Notes under the pieces: generated by a model
Told to the model about the DNA's origin: nothing
Databases searched by the model: none
The model's input: the letters and a program-made list of their open reading frames with translations, nothing else
Translations under genes and position numbers: made by a program
Shown: positions 1 through 9,600 of the stretch, one piece after another
Layout of the letters: every line of letters starts with the position of its first letter
How positions within the stretch are numbered: position 1 is the first letter of the stretch
Source: Egibacteraceae bacterium
Lineage (GTDB): Bacteria > Actinomycetota > Nitriliruptoria > Euzebyales > Egibacteraceae
Assembly (NCBI GenBank): GCA_050743205.1
Contig: JBOGEA010000001.1
Coordinates: 1 to 55,860 of the forward strand
Direction of reading: 5' to 3'
Length of the DNA: 55,860 nt

Positions 1-17
1 TTTTGGGCCAGCCGCAC

Positions 18-51
18 TGCAGGTTTCCTCCGTATTCGGAGGAAACCTGCA
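18..51. repeat. REP-like palindromic hairpin (arms TGCAGGTTTCCTCCG / CGGAGGAAACCTGCA, 4-nt loop)
   Basis: Perfect 15-bp inverted arms read directly. It shares the GGAAAC/GTTTCC core with hairpins at 151-186, 10060-10095, 10124-10155, 13914-13947 and 38741-38773. Confidence 0.8.
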
Positions 52-102
52 TCTTTGGCTCGAGCGCCCCGACTGGAGGGCCCGTGAGATTTTGCAACAG
101 AC

Positions 103-195
103 TCGATCCGACGGAAAGCTGCCAGCCAACTCAGTGCGGTGGTGGCTCGACTACGGCTTTCCGTCGGATCTGACGGAAAGCCGTAGCTGACGCCA
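103..195. repeat. Composite REP-like element: half-site (105-123), about 30-nt spacer, 15-bp-arm hairpin (151-186), AGCTGACGC tail
   Basis: The hairpin CTACGGCTTTCCGTC-GGATC-TGACGGAAAGCCGTAG was read directly. The whole about 95-bp unit recurs in inverted orientation at 38731-38826. Confidence 0.8.
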
Positions 196-205
196 CGAGC
201 GCGGG

Positions 206-664
206 TTAGGTCTCGGCGATCTTCTTCAGGCGGGTGAGGGTTTGGCGCATGCCGTCCTCGAGCATCGCCTGGCGTTGCGCCAGTTGCTCAGGGCTGGCGT
301 CCTTCAGCACGGACGCCAGCTTCAATACCTCGAAGGTCTCGGTGACGCGGGTGCCCGCGCCGTCCAGCTCCAGCTCGTAGGTCCACCGGCTGTACCGCGT
401 CTGCGGGCTGAAGACCTCGAAGGCGAAGACACGGCCCGGATCGGCGGCGATGACTTCGCACTGCGTCGCCCATTCGTACGTGCCCAGCCGGTTGTGGCCG
501 GTGAACGTGGCGCCGACGACCGCTTCGCTGGAGCCCTCGTTCCACTCGCAGCGGTGGCACTCGGGACTGAGCTCCCCGAGCCGTGTCACGTCGCTCACGA
601 TGGCGTAGATCGCCTCGGGCGACGCTTCGATGACGATGCTGGCTGATCCGCGCATAACCCACAC
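206..664 (-). CDS. SRPBCC-family (polyketide cyclase/dehydrase-like) ligand-binding protein
   Basis: 152-aa ORF. The N-terminus SIVIEASPEAIYAIVSDVTRLGELSPE is typical of SRPBCC proteins. The start could also be the internal Met at 655. Confidence 0.6.
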   Translation of the reverse strand: MWVMRGSASIVIEASPEAIYAIVSDVTRLGELSPECHRCEWNEGSSEAVVGATFTGHNRLGTYEWATQCEVIAADPGRVFAFEVFSPQTRYSRWTYELELDGAGTRVTETFEVLKLASVLKDASPEQLAQRQAMLEDGMRQTLTRLKKIAET

Positions 665-710
665 GGTACCCTCGGTCGCTCGGTTCGGTCAGGCGCGCTC
701 GCTCAGTGGT

Positions 711-2696
711 TCACAACGGCAGCTCGGCGCGGATGCGGGTGCCGCCGGTGGGCAGGCGCTGGGCGAGGAAGTCGCCACCCAGCTCGGCGGCGCGCTCGCG
801 CATGGATGCCAGCCCCACCCCGGCTGGGCAGTGGTCGGGCAGCCCCGCACCGTCGTCGGTGATCTCGATCACCAAGTTGCCATTCACCGTCAAACAGATG
901 TCGCAGCGGCTGGCGGAGGCGTGGCGGACGGTGTTGGTGACCGACTCAGCGGCGATCCGGTAGGCGGCGACCTCCACGGCGGCGGGCAGCTCGCCGAGAT
1001 GCTCCGGCGCGCTGATCGCGATCTCCAGCGGCGAGCCGGCGGTGAACGCCTCGACCTGGTCGCGGATCGCGCCGACGAGGCCGAGCTGGTCGAGCGCTGG
1101 GGGGCGCAGGTCGTCCACCAGCCGGCGGACTTCCATGCTGCAGTTCCGCAGCTGCTGCTCGAGCGTGCTCAGCAGGGGATTGTCACCCTCGGCGACGCGG
1201 GCTGCCCCAACCTGCATCGTCATCCCCGCCAGGGTGGGGCCCAGCCCGTCATGCAGGTCGCGGCGCAGCCGGCGGCGCTCCTCTTCGCGAGAGCGCACGA
1301 GACGCTCCCGAGAGCGCTGCAGGTCAGCGGTCAGGCGCACGGCGTGGGCGGCGAGCCCCGCCTGGCGGGCCAGGTCGTCGAGCAGGCGGCGCTCGACAGG
1401 GGTGAACGGCCGGGACGGCGAGCGGGGCGTGACGAGCAGCCGGCCCACGACCTGCCCCTGGTAGGTCATGGGAAACGCCTGCGGCTCGGCCACCCGCCGG
1501 CCGTGGCTTTCGACCAGCCGCGTTTCGCCCCCCTCAGCCAGCTCGATCGCGGCGTACGGCAGCTGCAGGGCGTCCGCGACCGTCTGGACCACCCGCGGCA
1601 GCACCCCGGCGGGCTCCACCGCCTGCTCCAAGCGGCGGCCCAGCCGGCTGACCACTGTGTACGGGTCGTCACGGTCGCCGTACAGCAGCCGGTTGGCGCC
1701 GCGTTGGATCCGTTCGCGAAGCGGCCCGAACACCACCGCGATGATCCCGGCCGCGACGAGCCCCGGCACCTGACCGGCGGAGGCCACCACGGCGCTCAAC
1801 GCCTGCACGATGCCCGCGTAGGCGCCGACGACCACAAGCGTCAGCGTGGCATAGACCAGCGACCGGTTGAGGAACAGGTCGATGTCGTACAGCCGGTGTT
1901 TGAGGATCGCGACGGCCGCCGCCGCCGGAACCGTCGTCCAGACGATCACCCATCCCCACGGCGCCTCACCGAAGAAGTCGAGCGCGATCCCGACAGGGAC
2001 GAAGGCGGCTCCGAGCGCCAGCCACTTGAGCTGCTGACGGGTGTCGCCTCGCGCGTGTCGCCAGCGCTGGACCAACGACCCGAACACCGCGACCATGCTC
2101 ATGAAGACCACCGCCAGCCCCACAGTGGCGACCCAGAGCTTCGTGCGCGCATGGCCGACCAGTGCAGCTTCCGGGTTGACCAGGGTATTCGGGTCCTCCA
2201 CGATCGCGAGGGCGAGAAACGTGAGCATCACGCCGAGGCCGGTCCCCAGCATCCACATGACCGGCCGCCAACGCCGGGAGGGCAACCGGCCGTCGGGGAA
2301 GAGCAGCAGCGCCACTGGCAGCAGACCGACGGGGACCGCGAAGACCCACTGCTCCAGCCGCGCCATCAGCCAGAAGCCCGCGGGGCCCGCAAAGCTGGCG
2401 CTCACGACGACCCCGGCGCTGCTCAACCCGATTGCCACGAACAGCCAGCCGATCGGGTTGCGAGGCCGGTGCCGCACCATCAGCCCCCCAGGAAGCGTGA
2501 ACGTCACCGCCGGCACGGCGAACAGGTAATAGCCGTGTGGGCGAGCGAGACCGGTGACGTGGCCCGCGATGGCGGCGGCCAGCAGCAGCGCGCACACGAC
2601 CGCGAGTATGCGCCCGAAGCCGCGAGACGCCGCAGCGCCGCTGGTGTCCGGCGCCGTCGCGGGCGCCGTCAGAGATCCCGTTCGAAGCCCGGCCAT
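711..2696 (-). CDS. Membrane sensor histidine kinase (NarL-partner type: HisKA_3 + HATPase_c, GAF-like middle region)
   Basis: The N-terminal half is multi-pass hydrophobic. The H-box is RRLRRDLHDGLGPTL and the C-terminal ATPase motifs are ESVTNTVRHA, DDGAGL and GVGLASMRERA. No cognate regulator lies adjacent. Confidence 0.85.
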   Translation of the reverse strand: MAGLRTGSLTAPATAPDTSGAAASRGFGRILAVVCALLLAAAIAGHVTGLARPHGYYLFAVPAVTFTLPGGLMVRHRPRNPIGWLFVAIGLSSAGVVVSASFAGPAGFWLMARLEQWVFAVPVGLLPVALLLFPDGRLPSRRWRPVMWMLGTGLGVMLTFLALAIVEDPNTLVNPEAALVGHARTKLWVATVGLAVVFMSMVAVFGSLVQRWRHARGDTRQQLKWLALGAAFVPVGIALDFFGEAPWGWVIVWTTVPAAAAVAILKHRLYDIDLFLNRSLVYATLTLVVVGAYAGIVQALSAVVASAGQVPGLVAAGIIAVVFGPLRERIQRGANRLLYGDRDDPYTVVSRLGRRLEQAVEPAGVLPRVVQTVADALQLPYAAIELAEGGETRLVESHGRRVAEPQAFPMTYQGQVVGRLLVTPRSPSRPFTPVERRLLDDLARQAGLAAHAVRLTADLQRSRERLVRSREEERRRLRRDLHDGLGPTLAGMTMQVGAARVAEGDNPLLSTLEQQLRNCSMEVRRLVDDLRPPALDQLGLVGAIRDQVEAFTAGSPLEIAISAPEHLGELPAAVEVAAYRIAAESVTNTVRHASASRCDICLTVNGNLVIEITDDGAGLPDHCPAGVGLASMRERAAELGGDFLAQRLPTGGTRIRAELPL

Positions 2697-2711
2697 GATT
2701 CCATGCCCTTG

Positions 2712-3182
2712 CTAACAAATATGTAGCTGTCTACACCAATTGCCCAAAGGGCTGCCGCTGATCACGATGGCGGCTCCGGGGATCGCGGAGGGAACCTCGA
2801 AGTGATCGGGATCGTCGGGGACCGGCAGGCTCGCAAGGCGTGCGGTGAGCTCCTCGAAATCACCGTTCAAGTCGGAAAGACCGGAGACGCTCAGAGCGTC
2901 TTGGTCAACCACGCTGAGCATGGTGATCACCCGCTGGCGAAGGTGCTCGCGGGGGTCGTCGACCTCCAGGCCGTCCAGCTGGCCATATTCCCCGACCGGC
3001 CTCAGCCGCCGCCCGGCCGCGTCGAAGAACTCCAGCATGTCCAGAGAGAGACCAGCCGCCAGGTGGCGGCGGGTGTGCTCGATCGTGTGCTCCACCGTGG
3101 AGATGACGTGGAGGTAGTCGTCCTGTTTGCCCAGCACGAAGATTGGCGCGTGTGGATTTGCCCCTATTTGTGATGACTCCAT
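2712..3182 (-). CDS. Hypothetical protein (156 aa), 16 bp upstream of the histidine kinase
   Basis: ORF with good coding appearance and operon-like spacing. No family was recognised. Confidence 0.45.
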   Translation of the reverse strand: MESSQIGANPHAPIFVLGKQDDYLHVISTVEHTIEHTRRHLAAGLSLDMLEFFDAAGRRLRPVGEYGQLDGLEVDDPREHLRQRVITMLSVVDQDALSVSGLSDLNGDFEELTARLASLPVPDDPDHFEVPSAIPGAAIVISGSPLGNWCRQLHIC

Positions 3183-3454
3183 TTTGAGCCCCTCCTTTAT
3201 CGTGAATGAATGCCCCTACTCGACAGAACGCTGATGCCGCAATACCGATACATGAGATTGGGCAGATACCGGCTCAATCTTTCCGCGGCCGACCGTCCAG
3301 GGCGTGACAGCGACCCTCGGCGGGGGCAACTGCCGGTCGACGAGCGCCAGCGCGTCGAGCGCGTCCGCGCGGTCGCCGTCGTGTGGGGTGCCTGATATAC
3401 GAGATCTCGCTGGCGTATGTATGGAGATCGGGTGGCGAGGTACTATCTGCGGCC

Positions 3455-3727
3455 ATGGCTAAGTCCGGTATCCGCCGAAAGGTCGATGACCTCGGACGAG
3501 TCGTCATCCCGTCCAGCATCCGCAAGCTGCTGGGGATCACGGAAGGCGACCTCGTCGAGATCTACGTGGACGGGGACCGCGTCGTCTTCGCCCTGCCCAG
3601 GGAGCAGTGCACGTTCTGCGGCTCCTACCTGCACCTCGAGACGTTCAGAGGCAAAGTCGTCTGCTGGTCGTGCACGGCCGCGCTGCGGGCTAAGGACCGC
3701 CAGCGTCATGCCGATGCCGACGCCTGA
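3455..3727 (+). CDS. AbrB/MazE/SpoVT-family DNA-binding protein with C-terminal Cys4 zinc ribbon
   Basis: MAKSGIRRKVDDLGRVVIPSSIRKLLGI is a SpoVT-AbrB swapped-hairpin motif. It is followed by CTFCG...VVCWSC. The ATG at 3455 was chosen within the longer ORF 3383-3727. Confidence 0.75.
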   Translation: MAKSGIRRKVDDLGRVVIPSSIRKLLGITEGDLVEIYVDGDRVVFALPREQCTFCGSYLHLETFRGKVVCWSCTAALRAKDRQRHADADA

Positions 3728-3742
3728 CGCACGCGCCGCGGG

Positions 3743-4600
3743 TCACGCAAGGTGGGTCAGGGCGTCGTACACCTGACGTTTCGGGACCCCCGCGGCGTCG
3801 GCCACCTGCCGCAGGGCCGTCTTGCGGTCCAGGCCGGTCGCGAGCAGCGCGCGAACACGGTCGCGCAGCTGGGCGTCCGTCACGGGGCCTGGCGGGGTCG
3901 AGGGGGCTCGGCCGACCACCAGCGTCACCTCGCCACGCAGGCCCTCGGCCGCCGCGCGGGCGGCGAGGGCAGGCAGCGAGTCGCGCCAGACCTCCTCGTG
4001 CAGCTTCGTCAGCTCGCGGCACAGCGCCGCGGGGCGGTCGCCCAGGATCTCACAGAGCGCCTGAAGGTCCGCCGCGACGCGGTGGGGTGCGGCGTAGAAG
4101 ACCAGGGTGCGGACTTCGCCGGCGAGCTCGGCCAGGCGGCGGGCGCGGGCGCCGGGCTTGCGGGGCAGGAAGCCCTCGAACACGAACCGGTCCATCGGCA
4201 GCCCTGACAGCACGAGCGCGTGCACGACCGCCGTGGGACCCGGCACGGCCTCGACTCTCAGGCCGCGCGCGATGGCGGCCTGGACCAGCGTGAACCCGGG
4301 ATCGGCCACGCCCGGCGTGCCCGCGTCGGTGACGACCGCCACCGTCTGCCCGGCCTCGACCCGATCGAGCAGCCAGCCGGTTCGAGTCTGCTCGTTGTGG
4401 TCGTGGTAGCTCACCAGCGGCACGCGGATCCGCGCGTGATCGAGCAGGATCCGGCTGCGGCGGGTGTCCTCGGCGGCCACGACGTCCGCTTCGCCCAGCG
4501 CGCGCACCGCTCGCGGTGACAGGTCCCCAAGATTGCCGATGGGGGTGGCGACCAGCACGATCTTGCCCTCAGGCCCGATTGGGCCGCATCCGCATGTCAT
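3743..4600 (-). CDS. rsmI: 16S rRNA (cytidine1402-2'-O)-methyltransferase
   Basis: GKIVLVATPIGNLGDLSPRAVRALGEADVVAAEDTRRSRILLDH is the canonical RsmI N-terminus. It is divergent from pmt, as is usual in Actinobacteria. The ORF is open up to 4642, and I chose Met15 at 4600. Confidence 0.9.
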   Translation of the reverse strand: MTCGCGPIGPEGKIVLVATPIGNLGDLSPRAVRALGEADVVAAEDTRRSRILLDHARIRVPLVSYHDHNEQTRTGWLLDRVEAGQTVAVVTDAGTPGVADPGFTLVQAAIARGLRVEAVPGPTAVVHALVLSGLPMDRFVFEGFLPRKPGARARRLAELAGEVRTLVFYAAPHRVAADLQALCEILGDRPAALCRELTKLHEEVWRDSLPALAARAAAEGLRGEVTLVVGRAPSTPPGPVTDAQLRDRVRALLATGLDRKTALRQVADAAGVPKRQVYDALTHLA

Positions 4601-4628
4601 CGCGTCTCCTTCCCTACACTGCCTTGCA

Positions 4629-6227
4629 ATGACCGTGGACACACGCGAGCGCGCAGTCGCCGCAATCGAGACCGGGCCGCTTCGGGCCGCGGGAAGCCGG
4701 CGAGGGGGCGCGCTGGCGCTGCTGATTCCCCTGGCCCTGCTCGCCGTCGCGGGGACGCTGCGGTTCTACCGCTTGGGCGAGCCCGCGCGCTGCTACTTCG
4801 ACGAGACCTATTACTACTATCAAGCGCGGGACATGCTGGAGCAGGGTGTCGAGCGTCCCTTCGCCGTTCACCCGCCGCTGGGCAAGTGGATGATCGCCGG
4901 TGGCCTGGCGCTGTTCGGCGTTGCGGAGGGCTCGCCGCTGGACCAGGCCGTGATTGAGGAGCCGGCCGGGTGCGGCGTGCGTGAGCAGGACGAGAACCCA
5001 CCCGCGCGGGCGCGCGAGGCGGCTGAGTCGTTCGCCCGCCGTTTCGCGCCGGCGCTGGTCGGGACCCTGTGGGTCGGCGTGGCCTACCTCGCGGGCATGC
5101 GGCTGTTCCGGCGGCGCGGCACGGCGGCCCTCGCGGCCCTGCTCCTGGCGGTCGAGGGCCTGGCGTTCACGATGAGCCGCATCGCGATGCTCGACGTGTT
5201 CCTGGGCTTCTGGGTGACGGTCGGGTTCTGGCTCCTGCTCATCGACCGTGACCAGCAGTGGGCCGAGATGCCCGACGCGCGGGCGCTGACCGAGCGCGAT
5301 CCGCTCCCCGTTCGCCCTCGCTGGGCGCGATACCTCGCCGGCGTCGCCTTCGGCCTCGCGCTCGCCACGAAGCTGTCAGCCCTGCTGGCGATCGCGGCGG
5401 CTGGGCTGTTCGTGCTGGCGAGCGAGCTGGCATGGCGGCGGCGGCTGACCGGCAGGGCGTGGGTGGAGACGGGCCGCATCGTCACCAGCGGGGTGGCGAC
5501 GCTCGTGCTGGTGCCGCTCGTCGTCTACGTCGCCAGCTACGGCCCGTGGTTCGCCAACTTCGAGCACACGTCCCCTGGCCAGGAGGCCTGCCCGGTTCAG
5601 GGATGCCCCACATCGGTGGCGGGACGGATCGAGCGGGCCGCCCAGGGCTGGTTGGGCGAGCAGGCGAGGATCCTCCGCTTCCACCGCGACCTCGACGCCG
5701 ACCACCCGTACCGCGCCTCCGCGCTCACGTGGCCCCTGCTGCTGCGCCCCGTCGCCTACTACTACGAGGACTGCTCGCAGGCCGAAGCCGACCAGGGCAT
5801 TGCCTGCAGGGTTGAGCGGGGCAACGTCGCCGAGATCCTCGGCATCGGCAACCCGGCGATCTGGTGGATGGCGCTGCCCGCCTACCTGGTGCTCTGGGCC
5901 GCGGTGCGCCGCCGTGACTGGGTTGCCGGGGCGATCCTCCTATTCGCCGCCCTGCAGTACTTCCCCTGGTACTTCAGCCCTCGTCCAGTCTTTCTGTTCT
6001 ACGCCACCCCGATGGTTCCGTTCACCTGCTTCGCGCTGGCGTACGCGTCGGTCCGAGCGGGGGCCCACACCGGGCTGCGCTGGATTCCGGCGGCGGTTGC
6101 CGTGCTCGCGCTGATCGGCTTCCTGTTCTGGTATCCCGTGCTGGCTGGGCTGGAGATCCCGCGCGCCGCATGGGAGCTGCGAATGTGGCTGCGGCAGCTG
6201 CAACTATGGCTGCCCGGTTGGATCTGA
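4629..6227 (+). CDS. pmt: Dolichyl/polyprenyl-phosphate-mannose protein mannosyltransferase (GT39, PMT family)
   Basis: YFDETYYYYQARDM...HPPLGKWMIAGG followed by about 10 TM segments. The ATG at 4629 lies inside the longer ORF 4464-6227. Confidence 0.85.
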   Translation: MTVDTRERAVAAIETGPLRAAGSRRGGALALLIPLALLAVAGTLRFYRLGEPARCYFDETYYYYQARDMLEQGVERPFAVHPPLGKWMIAGGLALFGVAEGSPLDQAVIEEPAGCGVREQDENPPARAREAAESFARRFAPALVGTLWVGVAYLAGMRLFRRRGTAALAALLLAVEGLAFTMSRIAMLDVFLGFWVTVGFWLLLIDRDQQWAEMPDARALTERDPLPVRPRWARYLAGVAFGLALATKLSALLAIAAAGLFVLASELAWRRRLTGRAWVETGRIVTSGVATLVLVPLVVYVASYGPWFANFEHTSPGQEACPVQGCPTSVAGRIERAAQGWLGEQARILRFHRDLDADHPYRASALTWPLLLRPVAYYYEDCSQAEADQGIACRVERGNVAEILGIGNPAIWWMALPAYLVLWAAVRRRDWVAGAILLFAALQYFPWYFSPRPVFLFYATPMVPFTCFALAYASVRAGAHTGLRWIPAAVAVLALIGFLFWYPVLAGLEIPRAAWELRMWLRQLQLWLPGWI

Positions 6228-6233
6228 ATCTCA

Positions 6234-6258
6234 AATCGTTCAGCCGGGTTGAACGATT
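6234..6258 (+). terminator. Hairpin directly after the pmt stop (AATCGTTCA-7nt-TGAACGATT)
   Basis: 9-bp perfect stem 7 nt after the TGA at 6225-6227, followed by a T-containing tract (TTGTTCAGTCGGTTGT). Confidence 0.5.
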
Positions 6259-6473
6259 GTTCAGTCGGTTGTCACGCCTAGGGGGTAACGGAGCCCCCGC
6301 CGGGAGGCGCAGGCTCCAGCAAGAGTACCGGGACGACGTCGGTGGCAAACGGCTGGTTCCGGGGACCTGCGCTCTCGCTGGACGCTCCACCGGGGGGTGA
6401 CGTCAGTGAGGCGCGCGGGTGGGCAGCATGGGATGCGCCTAGGGGGGCGCTGTGGGTACCCGTGCCACCCCCT

Positions 6474-6523
6474 ATGCGGGGCCACAGGCCCCGGACCTCA
6501 GTCCGGGCCCTGTGGCCCCGCAT
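6474..6523. other. 50-bp near-perfect palindrome (23-nt arms, 22/23 paired, CTCA loop)
   Basis: ATGCGGGGCCACAGGCCCCGGAC-CTCA-GTCCGGGCCCTGTGGCCCCGCAT read directly. It lies 90 nt upstream of the 6614 ORF. Confidence 0.7.
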
Positions 6524-6613
6524 GCATGCTGGGGTAGATTGGGTCCTGCCTGGCGGAGCCCGAAGTTGGGCGCTGCACCGCCGGCCTGAGACCAGCGGTG
6601 AGCAGGTACCCCA

Positions 6614-9600
6614 TTGATCGAGCCGACGGCCGGCCAACCCGCGCAGAACGGCGCTTCCGCATCGGCCTTCCTTGGCCGGCACAGTGAACTCCGGCTGATG
6701 CGGGCGGCCTTTGCGGAGGCCGAGGCTGGCCAGCGCCGGTTTCTGCTGCTCTCCGGCGACGCTGGCATCGGCAAGACCCGGCTGGCTGAGGAGTTGGCGC
6801 AGCGAGCGCGGAGCGAGGGCGCGCTGGTGGTGTGGGGCCGATGCTGGGAGGGCGGCGGCGCCCCGGCCTATTGGCCCTGGATGCAGATCCTGCGTGTGCT
6901 GACATCCGCGCAGAGTGCCCCCGAGGTCGCCGACCTGACCGGGCCTGGAGTCCCCGCGCGGCGGGAGCTGCTCAGCCATCTGGGCCAGGCCGAAGGGACG
7001 GGGAAAGGAGAGGCGGCCACCGGCAGGTCGCTGGGGGAGGGGCTCGGACTCCAGAGCGAGACCGCCCGCTTCCTCCTGTTCGACGCTGTGACCACGTTCC
7101 TGGCAGAGCTGGCGCAGCTCCGGCCCCTGGTGCTGATCTTCGACGACCTCCATGCGGCTGACCAGCCATCCCTGCTGATGCTCCGGTTCCTGACCCGCGA
7201 GCGGCGGGACAGCCGGATCCTCGTCATCGGGACCTACCGAAGCGCTGAGGCCCACCGCACCGCCGGAGTCAGTGACCTGATCACCGCGCTCGGGCGTGAG
7301 GGCCGCCTGCTGCGCCTGGGCGGCCTGAAACGCGCTGACGTCGGCGCGTTCATCCGCGGCGCGACGGGCGCCGTGCCCGCCGATGGCCTCGTTCGTCTGG
7401 TGCACCGGACGACGGAGGGCAACCCGTTCTTCCTCGACGCGGTGGCCCGCCTTCTCGATGCGCAGGTCCGAGACGGGCAGGAGCTGGGCGTCGGGCGGGG
7501 TCTCCGCATCCCCGACGAAGTCCGCGGGACGATCCGCCACCGCCTGGCGCCCCTGCAGCAGGAGGCGCTCGACGTGCTGGCGGTCGCGGCGACGATCGGG
7601 CGCGAGTTCGAGGTGGCCCTCCTGCACTCGGTGTGCGAGCGCCCGATGGAGCCCCTCCTCGACCTCTTGGGGGAGGCAGTCGCACAGAGCGTGCTCACCG
7701 AGGTGGGCGAGCGTCCCGGCCGGTTCAGCTTCGGGCACGCGCTGATCCGCGACACGCTCTATGAGGATCTGCCGCCAGCGCGCCGCGTGGCGCTGCACCG
7801 CCGTGTGGGTGAGGCGTTGGAGCGGCTCCACGATCCTGACGCGTACCTGCCGCAGCTGGCCCATCACTTCTTTCAGGCTGTGCCGGCCGGTGATCCCAAG
7901 GCTGCGATCTCCTATGCCCAGCGGGCCGGGCGCCAGGCGCTGGACCGGTTGGCCTATGAGGACGCGCTGATCCACTTCGAGCGGGCCGCGGAGGTGGCCT
8001 CGACGGTCGCGATCGACGACGCGCAGCGCTGCGACCTGCTGCTGTCGATGGGCGAGGCGCAGGCCAAAGCGGGCGACTCGGCCTCCGCGCGGGCGACGTT
8101 CGAGCGCGCCGCCCAAGTGGCGCGCGGCGTGGAGGACCCGCGGCGGCTGGCGCTGGCGGCGCTGGGCTGCGGCGGCCTCCAACCGCCGGACGGGTACGTG
8201 GACACCCAGCTCGACGTGCTGTTGCGAGAGGCGCTCGACGCCGTCGGTGACGACGACCCAGCGATGCGGGTCCGGCTGCTCGGCCGGCGGGCGGTGGGCA
8301 ACTACTACGTCTGGCCCCGGCTCGAGCGTGACGCGATGACCGCCGAAGCGGTCGCGATCGCGCGGCGCTTGGACGACCGCGGCCTGCTCGCCTACGCGCT
8401 CAACGCGCGCTGCTACGCGCTGTGGGGGCCGGAGGACGTCGAGGTGCGGCTCGACGCCGCGGGTGAGATCGTGCGGCTGGCCGGCCAGGCCGGTGACGCC
8501 GAGCTGGTGCTGCGGGGGCATTCCTGGCGGATCGTGGCGCTGCTGGAACGCGCGGACATCGTCGCCGCGGATGCCGAGATCGCGACGTTCACTCGGGTTG
8601 CCGAGCAGCTGCGCGAGCCCGCGTTCCTCTGGGAGGCCGCGGTGTTCCGCGCCATGCGCGCGCTGCTCGACGGCCGGCTGGAGGACGCCGAGCAGCTCGC
8701 GGGCCAGGCCCTGCGCACCGCCCAGCGCGGCGATGAGCCGGAGGCGGCGCTGTATGACAACAGCGGCACGCGTCTCGGTCCGAACGCCACGCTGACCTAC
8801 AATGCCCAGCTGCTCAACCTCCGCTCGCATCAGGGCCGCCTGCACGAGTATGAGGACGCGGTGCGCGGGATGGTGCGGCAGTACCCGACGCTGCCGGTGT
8901 GGCGCTGCGTGCTGGCGTCCCTGCTGTCGGAAACACAGGTGACGCCTGAGGTCCGGGCGCTGTTCGGGGGGCTGGCGGCCAAGAATTTCGGCGACATCCC
9001 GCGCGACGGCAACTGGCTGATCGCGATGACCCTCCTGGCCGAGGTCTGCGTCCGGCTCGGTGACGCCGAGCGGGCCGCGCTGCTGCGCGACCTGCTGCGC
9101 CCTTACGCCGGCCGTCACATCGTCGTGGGCGCCGCGCTGGCCTGCCGGGGCGCGATGGACCACTACCTGGGGATGCTCGCCGCGACGATGGGCTCCTATG
9201 AGGAGGCCGACGCCTGCTTCCGCGGCGCGCTCGAGATGTACGAGCGGTTGGGCGCGCGACCCTACGCCGCCCGCGCCCGCACGGAATGGGCCCGCTCTCT
9301 GGCAGGCCGCGCACGGGCCGACGACCTCGCCGCCGCGCGTCAACTGCTCGAGCAGGCACTCGCGACCTATCGCGCGCTCGGCCTGGACCGCCCGGCCGAG
9401 CAGGTGGCGCAGCGGCTCGCCGCCCTCGGCCAGCCGCCTCCCAAGCCCGTGAGCGCGCCGATCGCCCCAACGCGCCGGCGCTCCCATGATGCCGCGCTGA
9501 CGCGTGAGGGTGAGTACTGGACGGTCCAGTTCGAGTCCCGGACGACCCGGCTGCGGCACACGAAGGGCCTGCGCTACCTCGCTGAGCTGCTCATCCGCCC

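Noticed and set aside
630-2726. 698-aa plus-strand ORF
   Set aside because: It is antisense to the well-supported histidine kinase (711-2696). The same reasoning applies to 33435-35066(-), 36536-37810(+), 38971-41391(-), 40805-42472(-), 16661-18305(+) and 19826-20791(-).
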